64,000 nucleotides of DNA, taken from an uncultured Candidatus Binatia bacterium. Lineage in GTDB: Bacteria; Desulfobacterota; Binatia; UBA9968; JAJDTQ01. Position 1 is the first letter of the stretch; the number at the start of each line of letters is the position of its first letter. Below the pieces are notes generated by a model. The model had not been told where the DNA came from. It worked only from the letters and a program-made list of their open reading frames with translations, and did not search any database. Positions 19,768 to 29,855 of this stretch are shown in pieces. The stretch is from contig OZ219754.1 in assembly GCA_964291295.2 (NCBI GenBank), forward strand, positions 2,752,001-2,816,000, read 5' to 3'. Position numbers and translations under genes: made by a program.

Positions 19768-20568
19768 TCACGAGACGGTCCGCGCCAGGGTCAGCACCCG
19801 CACTTCCCGCGCGCCGGAGCGCAACAGGACGCGAGTGCACTCGTTGAGGGTGGCCCCCGAAGTGTAGATGTCGTCCACCAGCAGCAGCCGCTTGCCGTCG
19901 ACGGTGCGGCGTGGGGCCATGGCGAAGATGCCGCGCAAGTTGGCCTGGCGTTCCCTCAGGGTCAGCGTGCTCTGAGGGGGCGTCGCCGTCGGCTTGGTCA
20001 ACGCAAGGGGATCCAGCCGGATTCCCCACGCCCGGGCCACCTCCCGGCCCAGCAACACCGACTGGTTGAAACCCCGCCAGCGCAGCCGCCGCGGGTGCAG
20101 GGGAACCGGAATGACCAGATCCAGGTCGGACGTCCGGAACCACGGCTCGCAGACCCGCACCATGAGCCGCCCCAGGGGGCGTCCCAGAAACGCCTTGCGA
20201 CCGTACTTGAAGCGGTGAATGACCTGCCGGAGCGGATCGGACGGATCCGGATTGCGTGGATAGCAAGCCCCGCTTCGCGCCATGGAAAAAAGCGGCGGCC
20301 GCAGCAGGCAGCCGCCGCACAGGTGGTTGCCCTGCCATGCGTGTGGATACGGCAGGCCGCACTGCGAGCAGAACGGTGGCCGGACCCACTGGATCCTGTC
20401 CTCGCACGAATCGCAGAAACAACCCGGTGCGGTGGCTGGGAGCCAAGCCTCACAGGCATCGCAGCAAGGCGGGAACACGACATCCAGTATCGTGTTAAGC
20501 ACTCGCCGTACCAACAGCGCCAAGGCCCCCGATTCGACAGGCTTCCCGGTGTCCACATGAACAGACAA
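19768..20568 (-). CDS. comF: ComF family protein (zinc ribbon + PRTase)
   Basis: CxxC pairs, PVPLH, RGFNQS, LLVDDIYTSGATL; start uncertain. Confidence 0.9.
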   Translation of the reverse strand: MSVHVDTGKPVESGALALLVRRVLNTILDVVFPPCCDACEAWLPATAPGCFCDSCEDRIQWVRPPFCSQCGLPYPHAWQGNHLCGGCLLRPPLFSMARSGACYPRNPDPSDPLRQVIHRFKYGRKAFLGRPLGRLMVRVCEPWFRTSDLDLVIPVPLHPRRLRWRGFNQSVLLGREVARAWGIRLDPLALTKPTATPPQSTLTLRERQANLRGIFAMAPRRTVDGKRLLLVDDIYTSGATLNECTRVLLRSGAREVRVLTLARTVS

Positions 20569-20710
20569 TCGACATGCGGGGGCAAATCCTTAGAAGGATT
20601 TCAAGGCAGTCTGCAAGACGGCCGAGGTCGGAGGTCCGCCGCAGCGGCGCCGGGCGAGACACGATACCGTGCCTGGCCACGGCGATCCGGCGGCCTTCTC
20701 CACACTTTCG

Positions 20711-22078
20711 CTACAGGTAGTCTTCCAGCTTCACCTTGTCCATGAAGGGATACTCCAGCAACTCGTATTCCGCGGGGTCGACGTCGTCGGGGATGGTGGC
20801 GTCGATGCCCATCTTGGAGGTGGTGGGAAGCGAACCCTTGGGCAGGCGGGAGGCCTTGAGGGTGGGATCGAGGTGCTTGCCGCGGGCGCCGGAGACGATG
20901 AGCACGTCCTGGTCCGGCTGGACCCGGAAGGCCATGGCGCGTTCCACCGCCATGGGATCGGTGAGGTCCACGTCACCGTCGGTCACGACCGCGAGCTTGA
21001 GGGCGTGGAGCGACAGGAGCGCCAGCAACGCGTTCTTGCCTTCGCCGGGGCGCTTGTCGATGGCGGCGTAGAGGTGCCAGTAACAGGCGCTGCCGGGAGT
21101 GGCGTAGACCGCCTCCGTCCGGATGCTGGCCTCGCGCAGCGCGCGCCATCCGGCGGCCTCCAGCGGCGGCGCCTCAAGCCAGTCGTTCTCCCAGGGCATC
21201 AGGATGGTGGGGAGGATCGGGTTGCGACGGTGCGTCACCGCTTTCACCTTGAAGACCGGATTCCAGCGAATCGAACATTGGTGCCCGGTGAAGTCGCCGT
21301 AGCGCCCCTCGTCGATGGTCCAGCCGTCGGTGGAGATCTCCCCTTCCAGAACGATCTCGGCATGGGCCGGCACCTCCAGGTCCACGGTCCGGCATTTCAC
21401 CAGCGGCACCGGCCTTCCGTACAGGGCGCCGGCCACCGCAAACTCGTCATGGCCCGGGGGCGCCTTGTAGGCAGCCGCGATGAGTTCCGGCGTCCCCGTG
21501 CCGAAGGCGATGGCCACCGGCAGCGGCTGGTTCCGCTTCAGGGCCGCCTCGTAGCTGAAGCGCATGTCCGACGGCGACACCAGGTCGATACTGGTCTCCC
21601 GGCGAGTCCGGTACATGAGCCGGTAGCAGCCGGCGTTGCGGCGCCCCGCCGCGTCCTTGGACACCGAGATGCCGGCGGAGAGATAGGGTCCGCCGTCCTT
21701 CCGGTGCTGGAAGGGAATGGGAAGGTCGGTCAGGTCCACTTCGTCGCCGGTCTTCACCACCTCCTGAACCGGGCCGCTGTCCACCACCTCGGCCGGCACG
21801 GGATGGTCCAGGGCATTCATGAACGTCTGTCCGAGGGTCTTCTGGTCGCAGCCGAGGCCCAATGCAACCCTCTGGCGCGAGCCCGCCAGACCGCCCACCA
21901 CCGGCATCGCGTAACCTTCGACGTTTTCCATCAACAACGCGGTTTCGGACTGGGCCAGCAGCGTGTGGAGATGGCGGGCGTCCACCGGCCGGGTGATCCG
22001 CCGGAGCTGGCCCCGGGACTCCAGCAATGCCATCAGGCCGCGCATGTCGTGGTACGGCAGTCTCCGCACGTCACCCAT
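20711..22078 (-). CDS. UbiD family (prFMN-dependent) decarboxylase
   Basis: DLTDLPIP, DGGPY, NAGCYRL, VPAHAEIVLEG, EGRYGDFTG, VVTDGDVD, LDP, KMGIDAT. Confidence 0.92.
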   Translation of the reverse strand: MGDVRRLPYHDMRGLMALLESRGQLRRITRPVDARHLHTLLAQSETALLMENVEGYAMPVVGGLAGSRQRVALGLGCDQKTLGQTFMNALDHPVPAEVVDSGPVQEVVKTGDEVDLTDLPIPFQHRKDGGPYLSAGISVSKDAAGRRNAGCYRLMYRTRRETSIDLVSPSDMRFSYEAALKRNQPLPVAIAFGTGTPELIAAAYKAPPGHDEFAVAGALYGRPVPLVKCRTVDLEVPAHAEIVLEGEISTDGWTIDEGRYGDFTGHQCSIRWNPVFKVKAVTHRRNPILPTILMPWENDWLEAPPLEAAGWRALREASIRTEAVYATPGSACYWHLYAAIDKRPGEGKNALLALLSLHALKLAVVTDGDVDLTDPMAVERAMAFRVQPDQDVLIVSGARGKHLDPTLKASRLPKGSLPTTSKMGIDATIPDDVDPAEYELLEYPFMDKVKLEDYL

Positions 22079-22292
22079 GTCCGGAGGGATCCTTGCCCCC
22101 GCCAGCCCCCTTGGCGACATAACGACCGGTTTCGATCTCCCGGTCGAGACAATCCGCTTCCCGCAGCCGGCCCCAAGCCTGGAGCACCACCCGATAGGGT
22201 CGTTCACCGAATTGCAGCAGAATGTCCTCGAAGTGGAGCGGGCCGTCCTGCAGGCGCTCGAGTATCTTTTTTGCCAGCGTCTCGGGACTCAT
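22071..22292 (-). CDS. Small hypothetical protein, possibly winged-helix-like
   Basis: 73-aa ORF with normal composition, wedged between the amidohydrolase (10-nt gap) and UbiD (8-nt overlap). Confidence 0.7.
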   Translation of the reverse strand: MSPETLAKKILERLQDGPLHFEDILLQFGERPYRVVLQAWGRLREADCLDREIETGRYVAKGAGGGKDPSGHG

Positions 22293-22302
22293 GCCGGTCC
22301 GG

Positions 22303-23421
22303 TCACAGGTTGAGAAAGCGCTTGCCGTTGGTGCTCAGGATCTTCCACTTGAGATCCTCGGAAAGGTCGTTCCGTTCCAGCAGTTCCTGCCTGGCGCCTT
22401 CGCGCGCCTCGGCGTGGGGCATGTCGCCCTCGAACAGCAGCCGGTCCTCACCCAGATACTCGGCCACCTGGGGCAGGAAGATCTCGTCCGCCTCCGGAGT
22501 GAAGTAGACCTCACTCTGCCTGAGGGTTTCCGACACCGGTTGCCTGACCGGCAACGGCAGCCCCAGGGCGCCGTCCGCATGGTGGTAGTGATCGATGCGC
22601 TGCACCAGATAGGGCACCCACTGGACGCCGATTTCCATGAAAGCCACCTTGATGCGCGGGTGCCGCTCGAGAATGCCGCCGCCCAGAAAGCTGTAGAACC
22701 CCATCATGACCGGCAGGGTGAAGCCCAGGGCACGGGAACCCGAAACGTCGTCCATGCTCCGGGTGATGCCGGGGTGACTCCAGCCGGCGTGGATGGCCAA
22801 GGGGACCCCGAGCCGCTCCACCTCGGCAAAGAACTCTTCGTAGTAGCGGTCGTGCAGCATGGTCTCGCCCACGGTGCCGTAAATTCCCGCCACCGAAGCT
22901 CCCAGTTTCAGGCTGTGGTCGAGTTCGGCAAGGGCCAGACGGGGATCCCTCATGGGCAGGATGGCACCCCATTTCAGGCGGTCCGGCCGTTCCGCGCAGG
23001 CGGACGCCATCCAGGTGTTGTAGCTGCGCATCAGCGCCGCCTCGAACAGGAGGTCGTCGGTGAGGGGCTGGAGAAACACCGTGGAGAACACCACCTGCAT
23101 GTCGATGCCCACCGCGTCCATATCCTTGAGCCGGGCGGGGATGTCGGTCATGGTCTGGGAACCGATGCTGTACTCCTTCTGCGTTGCGAAGCGCATCTCG
23201 ACGGGGGTGCCATATACCAAGGTTCCGTGGCCCACCGGCTTCGGATAGACGGTGCCGTCGATGTACCAGAAGGCGTTCATGCCCCCCAGGGCCGGCAGGT
23301 CCCGGGCCACCACCGGGAAGGGTTTGCGATCCGCGTATTTCGGGTCGAGGTGCTCCCAGGCCTCCTGTGGCTCCTCGACGTGCGAGTCGATGTCGATGAC
23401 CGGTAGTGCGTCCTTGCTCAC
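22303..23421 (-). CDS. Amidohydrolase_2 family protein (ACMSD/LigW-like fold)
   Basis: IDIDSHVEEP, RLKDMDAVGIDMQV, YNTWM, PLAIH, FEGDMPHAE; GTG start after GGAGG. Confidence 0.9.
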   Translation of the reverse strand: MSKDALPVIDIDSHVEEPQEAWEHLDPKYADRKPFPVVARDLPALGGMNAFWYIDGTVYPKPVGHGTLVYGTPVEMRFATQKEYSIGSQTMTDIPARLKDMDAVGIDMQVVFSTVFLQPLTDDLLFEAALMRSYNTWMASACAERPDRLKWGAILPMRDPRLALAELDHSLKLGASVAGIYGTVGETMLHDRYYEEFFAEVERLGVPLAIHAGWSHPGITRSMDDVSGSRALGFTLPVMMGFYSFLGGGILERHPRIKVAFMEIGVQWVPYLVQRIDHYHHADGALGLPLPVRQPVSETLRQSEVYFTPEADEIFLPQVAEYLGEDRLLFEGDMPHAEAREGARQELLERNDLSEDLKWKILSTNGKRFLNL

Positions 23422-23595
23422 GGGAACCTCCCTGCGCGGACCTTCGAACAGGCCCGCCTTGTTCTTGCGCTGCGCGGAAGCGGGTCGTCACCACCTCCCG
23501 CTCGCTCTGCCGTACCCTTCGGCGAGTCGCTTCCATGCATCGGCTTGCAGCCCATCAGCGGCCCGCCGCTGTCGGATCGGCCCGCCGCTCTCCGT

Positions 23596-24117
23596 TCATT
23601 CCGGTGCCGGGATGACGCTGCCGCAGTCGGTGCAGGTCCTGAGCCTCTCGTCGCCGTAGAACGCCCGGTGGACCTGGCCCACCGGGTCGTCGCCGTAGTT
23701 GTCCACGGTGACCTCCACCTCGTATACCTTCTTGCCGCAGGTCTCGCAAAACCACATGAACCGATCCCGCTCGCCAGACCGCCGCACCCGCTCGAACACC
23801 AGGAACCATGTGTCGTCTTCCACCCGCGGGGAATGCGGCACACCCCCCGGACACAAGGTCATCTGGCCCGGCCCCATGACCACGACCTTTTCCCGACCGT
23901 CCTCCGTGAGGCAGTGAAGGCGCTGTTCGCCCTTGAGCACCAGCGTCACTTCGTCGCTCGGGTCCACGTGGAAATCCATGCGGCGCTTGCGCCCGCGGCT
24001 CAGGAACGCGATGGACTCGGAGTCCTGCCACACCACCGCGCGTCCCCTGCCCTCTGCCGCGGTCTTCTCCATGAGCGCCTGGATGTCGATGCGCTCCAGT
24101 GCCTTCATGACGTTCAT
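23596..24117 (-). CDS. 3-hydroxyanthranilate 3,4-dioxygenase-like cupin
   Basis: RMDFHVDPSDE, VPHSP, ERVR, WFCETC...RTCTDCG (rubredoxin-like site). Confidence 0.8.
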   Translation of the reverse strand: MNVMKALERIDIQALMEKTAAEGRGRAVVWQDSESIAFLSRGRKRRMDFHVDPSDEVTLVLKGEQRLHCLTEDGREKVVVMGPGQMTLCPGGVPHSPRVEDDTWFLVFERVRRSGERDRFMWFCETCGKKVYEVEVTVDNYGDDPVGQVHRAFYGDERLRTCTDCGSVIPAPE

Positions 24118-24848
24118 GACGCCTCTCCCCGTATCCGCCTGCGAGAACAGTTCGCCCCGGCCCGGTGCGCCGGCGGCCGGGGCCGTTTCGAAAACACGCC
24201 GGTCCGTGGCCTCGTGTGTTCCTTCCATCGAAAGCCGTTGGAGCCTACCATGAAACGCACCTGGAATCCCGTGAGCCACGAAGTTGTCCCCGGGTGACTC
24301 ACCGGACGAACACCAGGGCAGGCACGATCCCCAATGCCTCCGAGTCGTTCGAAGGCCATGTCCCGCCCCGGGTCTTTCCCTGTCGCGGCCTCTTCGCAGG
24401 GCAGCCGACCGCGGCCCGGATGCAGCTGCCGAAGCCGATGAACCACGCGCCGGCAGAGTCCATCTTGACTGTTGGTGGTCGGGGGAGTAGCTTGCAATCT
24501 TTCTTTTTCATGGTGCAGTTGTCGGGCAATTTGTGTCCAACGGCATGAATTGGCTGTTTCCTATGGGCGATTCCATAACGATCATTTAAGTAATGGCGAT
24601 TCCACCCTTGGCAGGTACACCCGTAGTCTGTGCATTTCCCGGATGCGGCGCCATGCGTGCATACCATACTTGCCCGGGAACCGGGGCCACGACGAACCCC
24701 TCCAGCGGACCGGGTGGCAATATCACCGGCTCGGAAGACTTGCCATGACATCACGATGTCCCGGTCCTCGTCTGGCCATCCAGCCTCCCCGAGCCGCCCA
24801 GGGCCGCAAGACACGGCTTGACGACACCATGACAACAAGTCGGCGCTC

Positions 24849-27800
24849 ATGATGCCCCCAAGGTGCAGACGCGGGACGGTGTTGATGGACGTCCTCCACA
24901 GAGCAGGCCGCTGCCTGAACCGGATGCTGCTTGCCTTCTTCCTTGTCCCCGCGACTCCCGCCACTGATCCGGCAACGGCCCAGGAGGCTCTGACAATCTC
25001 GGTAACGGACACAAGCGTGGCCGAGGGGGACGAGGGCGAAACGAACATGGCGTTCACGGTGACCTTGAGCGGCACGCCCAGCCACCGGGTCAGGGTGCAG
25101 GTGACGGCGCTGCTCGGTGTGGGAGGGAAGAGACCCAGGGGTGCGGGTACGGCCCAGGCCGTACGCGGGCCCGGACGCGACTTCATACCCTTCCAGGAAG
25201 ATGTCTTCTTCGAAAAAGGCGCTTCCGGGGCGAAACTGACCCGGACCGTGAACGTCCGGGTGCTCGGCGACCTGAGGGTGGAACCTGATGAGACGGTCAT
25301 CCTGCGGGTGAACAATCTCAGGACGGAGGATGCGAGAGTGGCCTTGGCCGGTGGCGGGACGAGGATCGATGCCACCGGCACCATCACCAATGACGATCAG
25401 ATGGACACCGCCACCAGCCCGCCTGCCAGGCCGGCAGATTTCAGGGCCACGGCGGGCAACGGCCAAGTGACGTTGATGTGGACCGATCCGGGTGGCGGGA
25501 CGATCACCGGGTATGAGTGGCGGCAAAGAGAAGGCGCCAACGACTGGATCGACTGGACCGACATCCCCGGCTCCGGCGCGGCGACCACCAGCTACATCGT
25601 GAAAGGTCTGACCAACAACACGGTCTATCGTTTTCAGGTCCGTGCGGTGAACAGCATCGGCACCGGTGCGGCCTCCGACGAAAGGAGCGCGACGCCGGCA
25701 CCCGGCACGCTGGTTCTCTCCGTGGAAGATGCAAGCGTGGCCGAGGGGGACGAGGGCGAGACCGACATGGTGTTCACGTTGACCCTGAGTGGCACGCCCC
25801 ATCACGATGTCATCGTGCGGGTGGCGACGGCGGTCGAAGCGGACAACACAGCCACGGCCACCCGCGCGACCCCGGACGAAGAGGTGGCGGTGCGCGACTT
25901 CGTTCTCTTGCGCAAGGCGCCTGTCTTTGAGGCGAACGCGACCGGAGCGGCGCTTGTCAAGACCGTGGTCGTCAAAGTGCTGGGAGACCGGACCGTGGAA
26001 CCCGATGAGACCTTCATCCTGCGGGTGAGCCTTCTCAGGACGGAGGACAATCGAGTGGCCCTGGCCGGTGGCGGGACGCAGATCGATGCCATTGGCACGA
26101 TCCTCAACGACGATCAGCCGGACAACGGTGGCGGCGGAACCGATACCACCGGCACCCCCGGCGTGACCGTGACGCCGACGGCGCTGAGGGTGGAGGAAGG
26201 CGGGAGCGCCAGTTACACGGTGGTGCTGGACACGCCGCCGTCAGGCGATGTGACGGTGCGAGTGGGCGGCGCCTCGAGCGCCGTCTCGCTGGCCGGGGCA
26301 CCGCTGACCTTCACCACCGGGACTTGGGACACCCCGCAGAGGGTGACGGTGACCGGCGTCCGGGACGAGGACACGGCCGGCGCCACGGCGACGCTGACCC
26401 ACAGCGCCTCCGGTGGCGGCTACGGCGCGGTGGACATCGCCTCGGTGACGGTGGCGGTCATCGACGCGACGCCCACCCTGCAACTGCGGATCGACCCCGA
26501 TGCGGTGTTCGAGGGGACGGCCATCAGCCTTGCGGTCACGTCGGACAGGGCCTTGGCCGGCACGCTGCCGGTCAGCCTGACGCTGTCGGACCGCGGTTCG
26601 AGCGGGTTCACGGCGGACGACATCCCCGGTTCGCTCGGTCCCAGGGTGTTCGACGCCGACTTCGGCACCGGCACGACCGGAACGGTGACGATCCCGACCC
26701 GCGCCGACGGCATCGCCGAGGGCACGGAGACCTACCGGGTCACGCTGAACGATGTGACGGGTTACGCGGTGGGCCGCGACGTCACGGCCGAAGGCACACT
26801 GAACGAAGGTCCGTCCGGGGCTGCCGCGCGGGCGAACCAGGTCAACGCCGCGGTGCTGCCGCAAGTGACCGGAGCGATGTTGTCGCAGACCCTGAAGACG
26901 GTCACGGACCGCATCCAGGCGGCGGCCGGTGACATTGTTTGTTCGGTGCGGTTCGGCACCGTGCCGGCGCCCCGCGCCGGGCGGCGGCGGGATGACCCGC
27001 GGTACGTGAAGCAGCCCGGCCCGCGCCTTCGACAGCTGCTGGACGGTGCGGCATTCACCCTGGCGCCCGGAACAGCCGCGGGCTGCGAAGAAGAGGGGCT
27101 GTCGACAGGAGTGGTGTGGGGCCGCGGCGCATGGTTGTCACTGTCGGGCTCGGAGCCGAACATCGCGTGGGACGGCAGGCTCTGGTCCGCGCATCTCGGG
27201 GCGGACATGCGCCTGCGTCCCGACCTGCTGGCCGGGGCCGCGGTGTCCCATGCCAAAGGGGAGATCGACGCCGAGTCGGCCGGCGGCGGCCACCGGACAA
27301 AGAGTACGCACAAGACGACCCTCACCTCCGTCCATCCCTACCTGGCGTGGCTGATGGCGGACGGCTCGAACCTGTGGGTCAGCGTCGGCCATGGATGGGG
27401 CGAGGTGCGGCTTGCCGGGGAGAATGCGCCGGCGCGCACCGCGGACCTGACCCGGTGGAGCGCGGCGGCGGGCGGACGGGATGTGCTGGCCGAGGATCCG
27501 GACTTGATCCCCGGGGGCGTGACGCGGCTGGCGGTAAAAGGCGAGGGCTCGGTGGCGTGGCTCGACACGGACGCCGGCGACGGGCTGACGGCGCTGGCGG
27601 TGAACATGAGCTGGCTGCGCCTGGCGCTGCAGGGGTCCTACGAATACGCCACCGGGGACGAGGCAACCCTGACCCCGGCACTGGAGGCGGGCGTGCGCCA
27701 TGACGGCGGCGATGTCGGCCAGGGCGTTGGCGTCGAGGTGGGGGCGGGCGTGACCTGGCGCCAACCGGCGGCCGGTCTGACGGTCGCACTGCGCACGCGG

Positions 27801-28223
27801 ATGCTGGCCGCACATGAACACGACCGTGATGAATGGGGCGTGAGCGCACGGGTCCGCCTCGACCCCCGGGGCGACGGACGGGGAACCTTCCTGACCTTCG
27901 ATCCCGCACACGGCCGGACGGCAAGCCGTCTGGGGCAACGGTTCGATTACCGCATGACCCCGGAACCGGACGGCGCGGCAGAGGACGGAGAAAGCCGACT
28001 GGAGGCCGAGGTCGGCCATGGCTTCGGCATCGCCGGCCCAAGGCCGCTGGCGGTGCTCACACCGTATGCCGGGCTCCGCCTGGCGGAGTCGGGCCGGCGG
28101 ACCCTGCGGCTTGGCACACGCTATCGCCTGGGCGACAAACTCGCTTTCGGGGTCGAGGGCACGCACCGGCCAGGCACGGCTGGCGAGGATAACCTCATGC
28201 TGCGCGGCACGCTGCGCTGGTGA
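24849..28223 (+). CDS. Autotransporter-like adhesin with two Calx-beta-like modules, a fibronectin type III domain and a C-terminal beta-barrel
   Basis: Signal-like N-terminus, repeated SVAEGDEGET...VEPDET...ATGTITNDD modules, FN3 (GNGQVTLMW...YRFQVRAVNSIG), terminal LRW. Start may be 24885 or 24924. Confidence 0.88.
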   Translation: MMPPRCRRGTVLMDVLHRAGRCLNRMLLAFFLVPATPATDPATAQEALTISVTDTSVAEGDEGETNMAFTVTLSGTPSHRVRVQVTALLGVGGKRPRGAGTAQAVRGPGRDFIPFQEDVFFEKGASGAKLTRTVNVRVLGDLRVEPDETVILRVNNLRTEDARVALAGGGTRIDATGTITNDDQMDTATSPPARPADFRATAGNGQVTLMWTDPGGGTITGYEWRQREGANDWIDWTDIPGSGAATTSYIVKGLTNNTVYRFQVRAVNSIGTGAASDERSATPAPGTLVLSVEDASVAEGDEGETDMVFTLTLSGTPHHDVIVRVATAVEADNTATATRATPDEEVAVRDFVLLRKAPVFEANATGAALVKTVVVKVLGDRTVEPDETFILRVSLLRTEDNRVALAGGGTQIDAIGTILNDDQPDNGGGGTDTTGTPGVTVTPTALRVEEGGSASYTVVLDTPPSGDVTVRVGGASSAVSLAGAPLTFTTGTWDTPQRVTVTGVRDEDTAGATATLTHSASGGGYGAVDIASVTVAVIDATPTLQLRIDPDAVFEGTAISLAVTSDRALAGTLPVSLTLSDRGSSGFTADDIPGSLGPRVFDADFGTGTTGTVTIPTRADGIAEGTETYRVTLNDVTGYAVGRDVTAEGTLNEGPSGAAARANQVNAAVLPQVTGAMLSQTLKTVTDRIQAAAGDIVCSVRFGTVPAPRAGRRRDDPRYVKQPGPRLRQLLDGAAFTLAPGTAAGCEEEGLSTGVVWGRGAWLSLSGSEPNIAWDGRLWSAHLGADMRLRPDLLAGAAVSHAKGEIDAESAGGGHRTKSTHKTTLTSVHPYLAWLMADGSNLWVSVGHGWGEVRLAGENAPARTADLTRWSAAAGGRDVLAEDPDLIPGGVTRLAVKGEGSVAWLDTDAGDGLTALAVNMSWLRLALQGSYEYATGDEATLTPALEAGVRHDGGDVGQGVGVEVGAGVTWRQPAAGLTVALRTRMLAAHEHDRDEWGVSARVRLDPRGDGRGTFLTFDPAHGRTASRLGQRFDYRMTPEPDGAAEDGESRLEAEVGHGFGIAGPRPLAVLTPYAGLRLAESGRRTLRLGTRYRLGDKLAFGVEGTHRPGTAGEDNLMLRGTLRW
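25010..26115 (+). repeat. Intragenic duplication of the Calx-beta-like module (about 25010-25400 and 25730-26115)
   Basis: Shared DNA blocks such as AAGCGTGGCCGAGGGGGACGAGGGCGA and GCCGGTGGCGGGACG occur in both copies. Confidence 0.85.
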
Positions 28224-28449
28224 GGGCGGCCGCACCGCCTTTCACCCCAGCGTGTCGTTCTCCCACCGGCTCGGAACGGTTTCACGAAGCGCGCGGGTGC
28301 GCGGCGATGCGCGCCGAAGCCGGCCATGGCGGGTGAATGAACAGCCGGTAAACCCGATCACGTACGGCGGCCCGCGGGCGCGGTCCTCGCTGCGTGCCGG
28401 CGGCGCGCCTTTGTCGTCTGCCATCGGCAGCGCGCCCGAGGAAGCCGCA

Positions 28450-28860
28450 GTGCGCCGAGACGTCACCCGGGACATCGAACGCCGTATGGACAGCTACCCC
28501 TTGGCCGCCTTGCAGGAGCTCGCACGGAATGCGATCATTCATCGTGATTACGAAACGACCAACACTCCCGTCCGCGTCACCTGGTTCGATGACAGGATCG
28601 AGATCCAGAGTCCCGGCGGTCCCTTCGGGTCGGTCACGACGGCGAACTTCGCCCGCCCGGGGGTGACCGACTACCGCAATCCCAATCTGGCCGAGGCCAT
28701 GCGGGTGCTGGGGTATGTGCAGCGGTTCGGCGTCGGAATACCCACCGCGCAACGCCTGTTGCGCGAGGCCGGACATCCGGTGCTCGAATTCTCGGTGGAG
28801 CCGACGCACCTGCTCGCCACGGTACGGGCTATTCCCGAAGCTGCGGAGGCCATGCCATGA
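28450..28860 (+). pseudogene. C-terminal HATPase_c_4-like fragment of an AlbA/RecG-C ATP-binding protein
   Basis: YPLAALQELARNAIIHRDY...RIEIQSPGG...YRNPNLAEAMRVLGYVQRFGVGI; the upstream frame is non-protein-like and the N-terminal domain is missing. Confidence 0.75.
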
Positions 28861-29855
28861 CCGCGCCCGTCTTGACCTTCTTCAACAACAAGGGGGGCGT
28901 CGGCAAGACCTCTCTGGTCTACCACCTCGCCTGGATGCTGTCGGAGACCGGCGAGCGTGTGCTGGCCTGCGATCTCGATCCGCAAGCCAACCTCACGGCG
29001 ACCTTCCTCAGCGAACGCGACCTTGAGTCGCTGTGGGAGGACGGCGCGACGGGCCGCACCATCCATCAGTGCATCCAGCCGTTGACGAAGGTCGGGGATT
29101 TGCAGGAACCGCGGGTTCACCGGGTCTCCGAAACGCTCGGACTCATTCCCGGCGACCTGGCGCTCTCCAGTTTCGAGGACAGCCTTTCAAGCGAATGGCC
29201 CAAAACCCTGGGCGAGTCCGATCTATATCGTCCGTTCCGTATCGTCACCGCCTTCTGGCAGATCATGCAGAGCGGCGCTGCGGCCGTCGACGCGACCATC
29301 GTACTCGTGGATGTCGGTCCCAATCTGGGCGCCCTGAACCGCTCGGCACTGATCGCCACCGATCATGTCATCGCGCCGCTGGGGGCCGATCTGTTCTCCC
29401 TCCGGGGCCTCAGGAATCTCGGTCCGACCCTGACGAGGTGGAGGAGCGAATGGTCGAAGCGCCGGGACAATTGGGACCCGCCCGACTTTCCTCTGCCCCG
29501 GGGCGGCATGAAGACGATGGGATACATCGTCCAGCAGCATGGCGTGCGGCTGGGCCGGCCGGTGCGGGCCTATGACAAGTGGGTCAACCGCATGCCCGAG
29601 GCCTACCGCCGGCACCTGTTGCATTGCCACACCGGGCCTTTTCCCGACAAGCCGGACAACGACGAGAACTGTCTTGCCACCGTTCGGCACTATCGGAGCC
29701 TGGTTCCCATGGCGCAGGAGGCCCGAAAGCCCGTTTTTCACCTTGTCCCCGCCGACGGCGCCCTCGGAAGCCATGCGGCGGCCGTTCTCGACGCCTATCG
29801 CGATTTCAAGACGCTGGCGGATCTGATTCGGAAAAAAATCGGACTTTCGGCATGA
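28857..29855 (+). CDS. ParA/Soj-family ATPase (orphan, defence-island type)
   Basis: FNNKGGVGKTS, DLDPQANL, DVGPNLG; no parB nearby. Confidence 0.9.
   Translation: MTAPVLTFFNNKGGVGKTSLVYHLAWMLSETGERVLACDLDPQANLTATFLSERDLESLWEDGATGRTIHQCIQPLTKVGDLQEPRVHRVSETLGLIPGDLALSSFEDSLSSEWPKTLGESDLYRPFRIVTAFWQIMQSGAAAVDATIVLVDVGPNLGALNRSALIATDHVIAPLGADLFSLRGLRNLGPTLTRWRSEWSKRRDNWDPPDFPLPRGGMKTMGYIVQQHGVRLGRPVRAYDKWVNRMPEAYRRHLLHCHTGPFPDKPDNDENCLATVRHYRSLVPMAQEARKPVFHLVPADGALGSHAAAVLDAYRDFKTLADLIRKKIGLSA

Noticed and set aside
28857-29855. Plasmid or chromosome partition locus
   Set aside because: No parB, parS-like palindrome or rep gene nearby; context fits an orphan island ATPase.
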